A stretch of DNA of 64,000 bases from Heterodontus francisci. Lineage: Eukaryota. The position numbers and the translations under genes were made by a program. Shown here in pieces: positions 23,101-32,387 of the stretch. The stretch is from the NCBI RefSeq assembly GCF_036365525.1, contig NC_090399.1, positions 42,750,430-42,814,429 on the forward strand, given 5' to 3'. The notes under the pieces were generated by a model that did no database searches, was not told the origin of the DNA, and saw nothing but the letters and a program-made list of their open reading frames with translations. Within the stretch, counting starts at the first letter, position 1. Every line of letters begins with the position of its first letter.

Positions 23101-26100
23101 ACTGCTCTGATGGGTGCAGGAACAGGTGACTGTGTGTCAATGTGCACTGCTCTGATGGGTGCAGGAACAGGTGGCTGTGTGTCAATGTGCACTGCTCTGA
23201 TGGGTGCAGGAACAGTTGACTGTGTGTCCATGTGCATTGCTCTGATGGGTGCAGGAACAGGTGACTGTGTGTCCATGTGCACTGCTCTGATGGGTGCAGG
23301 AACAGGTGGCTGTGTGTCAATGTGCACTGCTCTGATGGGTGCAGGAACAGTTGACTGTGTGTCCATGTGCACTGCTCTGATGGGTGCAGGAACAGTTGAC
23401 TGTGTGTCCATGTGCACTGCTCTGATGGGTGCAGGAACAGGTGGCTGTGTGTCCATGTGCACTGCTCTGATGGGTGCAGGAACAGGTGACTGTGTGTCCA
23501 CTTGCACTGCTCGAATGGGTGCAGGAACAGGTGGCTGTGTGTCCATGTGCACTGCTCTGATGTGTGCAGGAACAGGTGGCTGTGTGTCCATGTGCACTGC
23601 TCTGATGTGTGCAGGAACAGGTGGCTGTGTGTCCATGTGCACTGCTCTGATGTGTGCAGGAACAGCTGGCTGTGTGTCCATGTGCACTGCTCGGATGGGT
23701 GCAGGAACAGGTGGCTGTGTGTCCATGTGCACTGCTCTGATGGGTGCAGGAACAGGTGGCTGTGTGTCTATGTGCACTGCTCTGATGGGTGCAGGAACAG
23801 GTGACTGTGTGTCCATGTGCACTGCTCTGATGGGTGCAGGAACAGGTGACTGTGTGTCCATGTGCACTGCTTGGATGGGTGCAGGAACAGGTGGCTCTGT
23901 GTCCACTTGCACTGCTCGGATGGGTGCAGGAACAGGTGGCTGTGTAATTGAGCAACAAGGAGACGGTACCATATTTGAGGGAAGTGGAGCTTTGTACAGG
24001 CAGGTGTCTGTATGGTCCATCAGATCATTAGGCCTGGGGGTGAAACACTCAGGGTCCTTGGATTGTGGCACGTGACTGATGTCCAGCGCTTGGCCACCTC
24101 CATCCAAGGTGCTTCTTAGCAATTGTTGGGCATGGTAAATGGCTCCATCTCATCAGCCAGTCCTTGCTGCCAGCGGAGAGTCTGTTGCCGCAGCCAGTCC
24201 AGTTTCCTCATGACTGCTGCCGTTCCACTCTGCAGAACGGCCTGTTGTAGCTGGTACAATTGATCTGAAAGCAAGCGGTATTTTTCATTGTAGCTGAAGG
24301 GCCTTGGCTGTTCCTCTGTAATCACAATGGCAGCAGCCATGCCTGTCGTCGTTGGTGTCTGCGATGCACGCCAGCGGCAGGTGGGGGCAAGCCTGTCCAA
24401 TAGCATGTTTGCAGGGCAACAAAGTCTGAATGAAGAAGATGCAGCTGCGGGTAGCCTGGCCATCATGTATCTGCAGTGTGTACTGTTTGGCACCAGAAAT
24501 CACAGTCACTGTGCCTTCATCCTGCTCCTTGACATGTACTCGCTGAATGTGGCTATGATCCTGATGCATCAGCTTCATAACATGACTGGTCAATCCCGTG
24601 TAAAATGATTGTAGATCTGCTGGTGCCTCTGCGATGCGCTTGAAAGAGGCTCCCTGCAGGAATGTGTAATAGGCACTCTCCCAATCCGGGACACTATTGT
24701 GGAAGATCAGCGCTGAGATGCATTCCTTCATGGATGAGGAGGAGTGAAGCAGGTGCTTTATCTTGCCACTCTCTGACTCAATGCGATTGTTGGTGTTGTT
24801 CCCAAACGTTAGGACTTTACCGCGTGAACATGCTGCCCACATCTCCTTCTGTGGAATCCAGTTTGTCAGCAGGTAGTCCTGCAGGGGTGGGTAGAGGTGT
24901 CCAATCCTTTCTACACAACTTGTGATCTTCTCCTGCAAATGTGCATGAACCATTTCCTTGCAGATCATAAACAACTGATCCCTCAGTTCACCATTCAGTG
25001 GGTCGCTGCTGATCTTCCTCCTCAAGCTCTGCATCACATGGAACTGACAGAGGAGAACCGTTGCAGCTGGGAGATGCTTCCTGATCGCATTGATCTCATT
25101 GATGTCTTTATCCACAATGGCTGATCTCACGCGGCAGGCGCTGGATCCCATGAAATCGACAAAATCACCCACAATCTCGTCCAGCATCTGAGACGTCTCA
25201 TTCCTCACCATGGCATAGAACACAGCCCTGCCCCTACCAGCATTGTCCTGCACCATCACCTGGTACAGAGGGTAGCCGTATTTGTTCACCTTGTACGTTC
25301 CGTCCATGAACAGCAGTTCAGGAAAGGCCTGCATGTGGGCCTTCATGGCTGGTGTCATGAAGGCAATATAGAGGATGTTGCTTCCCTGCAGGCCAACCCG
25401 TACTGCAGCCCCGTCCTGCTGAATCTTCTCCAGCGTATCACACAGCGCATCCATGCTGTCATCCCCTGTTTTGAGCCGGGATTTTACATTTCTAATGTCA
25501 CTAAGGGTTATGGTCTTATTGAATGAACGCGCGATATAATCCTTCAGCTGTTTGTTCCCAGCCTGCAGCTTGACCAACTCTTCTACCTTCTGCCTTTCAT
25601 CGTGGTTCAGTTGTCGTCTCCTTGCATAGAAGCGTAAACATTCTGGATGCAAAACATGACCGGTATGTACAAGATGGTAGGAGCTGACACACAGTTTGTT
25701 CTTGCTCGTATTGAATTTCACACTGATGAAGACCTCACAGCCCAGGGCGAGATACCTGAAAAGTTACACAGACATTCAATGAGCACGCCCCACGTGCCCT
25801 CACTAAAACGCCAGCCATCCCCAGGTGTGTTGCTGGCAGCAGTTTACATGTGCACCATGACAAGGTCCCAAAATCTGGTGCGCACCTGTTTCGCCATTGG
25901 TCTATCCAGGAAATCACAACAAAGGCAGTCCGTAGACACGGGGGCGGTATGCGCGTGGCTTTGTGGGCACAGGATCTCACTGACGAGATGTATTGATACT
26001 GCAAATCGAATCTTGGTTCAATGGGCATCAAGGAACAGCTTTACAGGACTGACAAGCTACACAAGTGTAAATGTAGTGACCGCAGCACCTACCTCTGATT

Positions 26101-26364
26101 CGGTCTCACTCCAGTAGAATGGATGCGTGGCTGCCCATAGTGTACACAGCACAGCCTCACTGAGGCATAAGCACAACAGCAAAGTACATTTAAATAGCAT
26201 TGTTAACATAGTGAAACATAACAAGGCACATCACAGGATGTGCCTGCAGACCATGCTACCTGTTGAAACATCTCAGGTTTACTGCTGAAGTCGTCATAAC
26301 TCTCGAACTCCTGGGTTGTGAAGGTGGCAAGGAACTGCTCTGTGGAATCTACTGACGTTGCCAT
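11128..26364 (-). pseudogene. Decayed MULE (FAR1-DDE-SWIM, ZSWIM3-like) transposase gene interrupted by the 45-bp array
   Basis: Probable ATG at 26364 (MATSVDST..FESYDDF) with donor CAG|GTAGCA at 26260. The core 24285-25721 has FMDGTYK (D), IVDKD (D), CQFH, TNNRIES (E) and a degenerate SWIM (CIFFIQTLLPCKH). It continues through frameshifts to the post-SWIM helix SYNEKYR..W and, after the array, to PVKQRGHPNGS. Confidence 0.85.
11379..23945. repeat. 45-bp minisatellite, ~12.6 kb, ~279 units
   Basis: Unit ACAGGTGGCTGTGTGTCCATGTGCACTGCTCTGATGGGTGCAGGA. I found only three indel-bearing units (~13537, ~16300, ~21430). Confidence 0.99.
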
Positions 26365-26525
26365 GATCGAAGTTTGAGGTTCAGGAAGGCTATTAAGGGA
26401 CCACACGGGAAACATGAGATGAGATAAGAAATACAGAATGCACTCCATTGAAACGTTACAAAAACGAACGTGACCGTTTAGATGGTAGGTTGTTCGCTGG
26501 ACTGCAGCACAGGTACTGCCTGCAC

Positions 26526-26670
26526 ACAGCAACTCACAACAGGAACTGGAGCACATGCGGTGCCCCAGACAATGGAAATGCTTTCAGAGCAGCTTGCAAC
26601 AGGGACTGGAGCACATGCGGTGCCCCAGACAATGGAAATGTTTTCAAAGCAACTTACAACGGCAGAGCAA
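26526..26670. repeat. 60-bp tandem duplication (~2.4 copies)
   Basis: ACTGGAGCACATGCGGTGCCCCAGACAATGGAAATG occurs at 26545 and 26605. Confidence 0.9.
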
Positions 26671-26789
26671 CTTACCTTGGAACAATCTCCTGTGTCTAAT
26701 AAAAATGAAGCAAATCTCCAAAACGACTAAATAATTCAGATAAAATGCGAGAAAATGCCCGACGAAACCTCTCCTCCATCCACTTTCAA

Positions 26790-27023
26790 AAAGTCGCGCC
26801 GAAGCTTTGACGCATGCGTGAATATCCGAAGATGGACGCATGCGCAGAGGACAACCTGGCACGTTGCCCGAGGAAGACGTCGTAACGCGATGATGTCATC
26901 TGCGCATGCGCAAAGCGGCTCTGGCAAGCCGGACCGCAGCGCATGCGCAGAGAGCAGGAGACCGTGTGCGCATGTGCGCACCGCGGCGCAGCCTGATGAC
27001 GTCAGCGCTGACGAAGCGTTGCC
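26790..27023 (-). promoter_or_regulatory. CpG-rich putative transposase promoter at the element end
   Basis: Perfect NRF1 palindrome TGCGCATGCGCA at 26901-26912 plus several variants, and a CRE TGACGTCA at 26997-27004. Lies upstream of the transposase ATG. Confidence 0.6.
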
Positions 27024-27055
27024 ATGAATCACTTTGAACAAACATCATGAACTAT

Positions 27056-27098
27056 CTAATCAGAGAAATGCTGATTGTTACATCACCAGTTGCCAGGG
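27056..27098 (-). promoter_or_regulatory. MHC-type X1-X2-Y module (RFX / CREB-ATF / NF-Y), with a one-mismatch Y box
   Basis: Minus strand reads CCCTGGCAACTGGTGATGTAACAATCAGCATTTCTCTGATTAG: X1 CCTGGCAAC, X2 TGATGTAA, Y CTGATTAG. The Y box starts 35 nt after the first C, the same spacing as in HLA-DRA as I recall it. Confidence 0.7.
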
Positions 27099-27159
27099 AG
27101 GATAAATATTTGACACAGAAAGTGACAGAGGGAAGAGTGTTATGAACAGGATGGGGTCA

Positions 27160-29200
27160 TTCATTCAGACGTTCGGGCCTGCTACACTATTCAAATGGAT
27201 CATTGCTGATCCTGTATCTTAATTCCATTTTCCTGGCTTTCCTCCAAATCCCTTGATACCGTTATCCAATAATAATCGCTTAATCTTGGTCTGAAAAGTT
27301 CCCATTGTCCCAACTTCCACAACTATTTTGAGGAGAGAGTTCCAAATGTTTATTACCCTTGTGAAAATGTGCTTCCTGATTTCCCTCCTAAACAGCATAG
27401 CTCGAATTTTAAGATGGTAGATTCATAGAGTCATTCATGTCATAGGAGGAGGCCATTCGCCCCATCGAGTCCATGACAGCTCTCCATGGAACAATCCAGT
27501 CAATCCCACTTTTCCACTTGATCCCCGTTGTCCTGCAAGTGTATTTCCTTCAGCTGCCCATCCATTTTTCACCACCCTCGTGGGCAGTGAGCTCCAAGTC
27601 ATTACCACTCACTGCGTAAAAATAATTCTTCCTCACATTCCCCCTGCAGAATTTCCCCAAAGCTTTCAATCTGTGTCCCCCTAGTCCTTGTTCGATTAGT
27701 TAATGGGAACAAATTTTCCTTGTCTACCTTATCAAAGCCTGTCATAATCTTATACACTTCTATTAAATCTCCCTCAATCTCCTTTGTTTTAAGGAGAATA
27801 AACCCAGCTTTCCCAACCTAAACTTATAACTAAAATCCTCCATCCCTGGATCCTCACATCCTTGCTGAAGTGTGATAACCAGAAATGGATGCAATTCTCC
27901 AATTGGGGCGTCACCAGAGCTTTGTAAAGGTTCAGCATAACTTCCATGCTTGTGTACTCAATGCCACTGTTTATGAAGCCCAAGATCCCATCTGCTTTGC
28001 GAACCACTCTCTCAATATGTCCTTCCAAGGTTGATGCACATGCACCCCCAGATCCCCCTCTTCCTTCACATTCTTTAGAACTGTGCTATTAAGTATATAT
28101 TGCCTCACCCTATCCCTGCAGCCAAAATATATCACCTAACACTTATCTGTATTAAATTCTATCTGTCACCTGTCTGCCCATTCTGCTAGCCTATGTCCTT
28201 TTGCAGGCAGTTTATATCATCCTCACTGTTTGCCACTCCTCTAAGTTTGGTATCAGTGGCAAATTTGGAAATTCTACTCTGTATTCCAATATCCAAGTCA
28301 TTTATCTATAGCAAAAAAAACAGTGGTTCCAGCACTGACCCTTGGGGAACATCACTGTCTACCATCCTCCAGTCTGAAAAACAGCCATTTACCACCACTC
28401 ACTGTTCTCTGTACTTCAGCCAATTTTTTATCCAATTGGACTCCAACCCTCCTATTCCATGAGCCTCAATTTTGTTAACCACAATTTTTTGCGGTTCCTT
28501 ATCAAACGCTTTTTAAAATTCCATAGAAACAACATCCATCACATTCCCATCATCAACCTTCTCTGTAACTTCATCAAAAAATTCAATTTGATTAGTTAAG
28601 CATAATCTGCCTTTTCCAAATCCATGCTGGTTCTCCTTAATTCACTCAAACCTCTCCAAGTGCCTGTTGATTTTTTACCCTGATCATTGTTTCTAAAACC
28701 TTACCCACCACTGATGTTAAACTAACTGGCCTGTAGATGCTCGGACTGTCCTTACACCCTTTCTTGAATAAGGATGCCATATTTGACACTCTCTAATCGT
28801 CTGGCACCTCCCCCACATCCAGGTAAGATTGGAAGATTATGGCAAGCCCTTCCACAAGCTCCTCTCCATTTCCTTTCGCAAACTGGGATGCAACCAGTGA
28901 TTTATCTACCCAAAGCAATACCAGCCTTTTTCATCACCCTCCCTCTCGATTTTTACCCTATCCATTGCCCCTACTCTGATTTTGTCAGATTCTTCTTCCT
29001 TAGTAACCAACAATACAAAGTACTAATTAAGTATTCTAGCCTTGCCCTGTGCCCATGGGCCCTTAGTAGGCCCCACTCCATCTCTTACTACCTGCTTACT
29101 AGTTACATGAAGATTTTTGGGTTCCCTTTTATGTTGACTGCCATTCTATTCTCATTCTTTCTTTGCCAGGCTTACTTTCCTCATCACCACCCCTCTCAAT
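27160..29200 (-). mobile_element. CR1-clade LINE fragments (two 3' ends, internal deletions)
   Basis: GILGFINSGIEY..LENCIHFW and reverse-complement matches to VPQGSV and FATDTKL. The tail GGCCATTCGCCCCATCGAG is at ~27450. Confidence 0.85.
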
Positions 29201-29209
29201 TAATTGCAT

Positions 29210-29775
29210 TGGGCTCATCTTTTATCCTCCCCGCCCGTCTCACTGTGCTCTCACTCTCTTGGCTACTTTTTTATCCTCCCCGCCAGTCTCACTGTGTTCT
29301 CACTCTCTCAGCTGCTCTTTTATCTTTCTCGCCGGTCTCACTGTGCTCTCACTCTCTCGGCTGCTCTTTTATCCTCCTCGCCGATCTCACTGGGCTCTCA
29401 CTCTCCGGGCTGCTCTTTTATCCTCCCCGCCAGTCTCACTGTGCTCTCACTCTCCGAGCTGCTCTTTAATCCCCCCCCCCGCCGGTCTCACTGTGCTTCC
29501 ACTCTCTCAGCTGCTCTTTTGTCCTCCCTGCCGGGCTCGATGTGCTCTCTCTCTCCGAACTGCTCTTTATCCTCCTCGCCGGTCTCACTGCGCTCTCACT
29601 CTCCGAACTGCTCTTTTATCCTCCCCACCAGTCTCACCGTGCTCCCACTTTCTTGGCTGCTCATTTATCCTCCTCGCAGGTCTCACTGTGCTCTCACTCT
29701 CCGGGCTGCTCTTTTAACCTCCCCACCGGTCTCACTGTGTTCTCACTCTCCGAGCTGCTCTTTTATCCTCCCCGC
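29210..29775. repeat. 49-bp minisatellite (~11.5 units)
   Basis: Unit CTGCTCTTTTATCCTCCCCGCCGGTCTCACTGTGCTCTCACTCTCCGAG, with starts at 29312, 29361 and 29410. Confidence 0.92.
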
Positions 29776-29789
29776 TGATATTTTCCTTG

Positions 29790-30860
29790 TTCTCAATTCC
29801 TCCACCACAGGAAATAGTTGCCCTGTCTCAACACTGTTGAATCCTTTTATCATTATAAATACCTCAATCAGATCATCCTTCAACCTTCTATACAAGGGGA
29901 ATACAAGCCAAGTGTATGTAACCTCCCTTTATGCTCTGGTATCATTCTGGTCAATCTGCACTGCACCCCCTCCAAGAACAATATATCCTTGCTGAGGGGC
30001 ACTGCCCAGAACTGAACACAGTTCCTCCAGGTGGGGTCTGACCAAGGCTCCGTCCACCTGAATCATCACTTCCTCCACTTTGTATTCCAGCTCCCTCGAG
30101 ATGAAGGCCAATATTTCATTAAACAGACTGGTGAAATGGACAGATCCACAACAGATACAATTTAATGCAGAGAACTGTTTGAAGTGATGCATTTTGGAAG
30201 GAAGAATGAGGAGAGGCAATATAAACTAAATGGCACAATTTTAGAGAGGATGCAAGGATGGAGAGAGCTGGTGTGTGTATGTACACAAATCACTGAAGGT
30301 GACAGGACAAGGTGAGAAGTCTGTTAAAAATGCATTTCAGATCCTTGGCTTTATAAGTAGAGACACAGAGTACAAAAGCAAGGAAGTTATGAAGTTATGG
30401 TAAACCTTTATAAATCACTGGTTAGACCCCAGCTGGAATATTGTGTCCAATCCTGGGCACCAGACTTTGGAAATGATGTCATGGCCTTGGAGAGGGTGCA
30501 GAGGAGATTTATTTTTTATTTTATTTAGAGATACAGCACTGAAACAGGCCCTTCGGCCCACCGAGTCTGTGCCGACCATCAACCACCCATTTATACTAAT
30601 CCTACACTAATTCCATATTCCTACCACATCCCCACCTGTCCCTATATTTCCCTACCACCTACCTATACTAGGGGCAATTTATAATGGCCAATTTACCTAT
30701 CAACCTGCAAGTCTTTGGCATGTGAGAGGAAACCGGAGCACCCGGAGAAAACCCACGCAGACACAGGGAGAACTTGCAAACTCCACACAGGCAGTACCCA
30801 GAATTGAACCCGGGTCGCTGGAATGGGACCAGGGATGAGGGAGTTCAGTTAATATGAAGA
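29790..30860. mobile_element. CR1 fragments, minus (29790-30120) then plus (30120-30860), interrupted by a SINE
   Basis: ALVRPHLEE on the minus strand; VKWTD..QFNAE..VMHFG and RPQLEYCVQ on the plus strand. Confidence 0.75.
30511..30822 (-). mobile_element. HE1-type SINE, 5'-truncated
   Basis: Near-identical to the copies at 40748 and 46951, with the CR1-like tail TTAGAGATACAGCACTGAAACAGGCCCTTCGGCCC. Confidence 0.9.
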
Positions 30861-31159
30861 GACAATTCAGTATTTTTTTTTCAGATGTTTGAATGTTTAT
30901 TTAATGTTCTGTTGAGTTGTGCAGTGCCCTGACTGAACCAATGTGGTTACAACAACCAATGGGAGGGAATTATTTGATCAAATTATTTGGCTTTGAAATT
31001 GGGTGACAGATTTAATTGGTCAATAACCTCTCATTGTAATTTCTATTATATTGTTCACTTTTAGTCAGTCAGATATCTGAAAGTAACTGAGCAGCTGACT
31101 GGTTACTTGAGGCAATACTGAATATTACACTTTGGGAGGTTGAGGAGCTATAGGGATAC

Positions 31160-31450
31160 ATTTGGGGAGGAGGGTGGGTGGGAAAAACAGACACCAGGAG
31201 CAGGGGGCTGGGGGAAAAGACACTCAGTGGAGGGGAGGGGAGACACTCAGTGGGGTGGGTTTGGGGAAGAAGACACTCAGTAGAGGGGAGGGGAGACACT
31301 CGGTCGGGAGTGGGTTTGGGGTGGTGGGAGAGACAACCAGAACTGGGAGGGTGGGGGGAGAGACACAGAGCTGGTGGGGGGATAGACAGAGAGCTGCGGG
31401 GGGGGGGGGGGGGGGTGGGAGACACTCGGGGTGGGGGAAGGGGACACGCT
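31160..31450. repeat. G-rich degenerate repeat (GGGGAGACACTCAGTGGGG) with a poly-G run
   Basis: Directly visible. Confidence 0.8.
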
Positions 31451-31963
31451 GAGAGGGCCCGACACCCCAAGGGGCAACACACTGAGCTGTGATATCCTGA
31501 AGTGAAAGACTCTGAATTTTGACTCTGGGGTGAGACTCGCTCGGGTGTGATGTTGGGGTGCGAGTCGCTGGGGTGAGAGGGTGAACACAGAATCTGCTAT
31601 TGGGAGATGACTCTGGGCCTTGCTGGTACAGTTGTGGCTCTCACTCTGAGTGTCAGTGACATGCTCGATGTGGGGGTTTTATTAGAAGTGAAAGTGGAGG
31701 AAACAGACTTTCTCGGAAGAAGCTGGACTGCAGCCAGTGAACAGGCTCTGCACTGTGACTGGGAATGTGTAACAGAATCGTGCTGTCCTCACTGGCAGGA
31801 TTCAGACCCAGATACTCAGCTGATGCTGTGTTTCTCTTTAAAACAACAGCAACTAAACACTTCAAATAATTCACAGGCTGCTTGGCCTTGGGAGAAGTCC
31901 TGGGGACATGAACAGTGCTGTATAGACGAGAATTTGATCAACAACTTTCTAAAAGTTAGTTCA

Positions 31964-31997
31964 GGGACTTTCCAACAGTGATAAAGATAAGGAAGTG
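31964..31997 (+). promoter_or_regulatory. Compact NF-kB / GATA / GATA / ETS motif cluster
   Basis: GGGACTTTCC at 31964-31973, TGATAA at 31979-31984, AGATAA at 31985-31990 and AGGAAGTG at 31990-31997. Confidence 0.5.
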
Positions 31998-32387
31998 GGC
32001 AGCAAGCAAACAACTATATGGGTGGGCCCAGGGGGAGCAACCAAGGAGTGGGAGGGGATAGTGTACAGGGTCAAAGTGTAAAGTCTGTAGTTTGAACACA
32101 GTATTTCAGGGCAATGAAATCCCTGAAAGAACTTTCTTCACAGTCTCATTCCCAGCCTTTACCCCATTCACCCATCACCCCTTTCCCCCCACTCAGTAAT
32201 AAACCCTAATTGTGAAATAAACCACAAACCTGGTAAAATACTGTACCCACAGAAATGTACCGTACATCCAATAATAAACACAACAACCAAAAATATACAG
32301 TGCACTCAGTAATAAACCATACATGCAATTATATATCATAAACCCAGTGATTAAACCGCACACCCAGTGACAAACTGCACCCTCTCC

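Larger units (their letters stand above)
8815..27023 (-). mobile_element. ~18-kb insertion carrying a Mutator/MULE-type transposase; left boundary uncertain (8815 or ~8873-8892)
   Basis: Flanked by the 8-bp direct repeat ATGAATCA (8807-8814 and 27024-27031). Both ends are CpG-rich with TGCGCATGCGC-like motifs, and the transposase lies inside. Confidence 0.62.

Noticed and set aside
11296-24075. Long Cys/His-rich or GAGTGG ORFs resembling metallothionein, zinc-finger or keratin-associated proteins
   Set aside because: They are alternative frames of a 45-bp repeat that is largely stop-free in several frames. Only the MDTQPPVPAPIRAVH frame links to transposase-like flanks.
24285-25721. Domesticated host gene of the ZSWIM3/ZSWIM1 type
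   Set aside because: There are frameshifts on both sides of the core, the first SWIM cysteine is lost, and it sits inside an apparent insertion. A decayed transposase is the simpler explanation.
28774-29995. Hydrophobic ORFs of 184-263 aa
   Set aside because: They are antisense CR1 plus translations of the 49-bp minisatellite.
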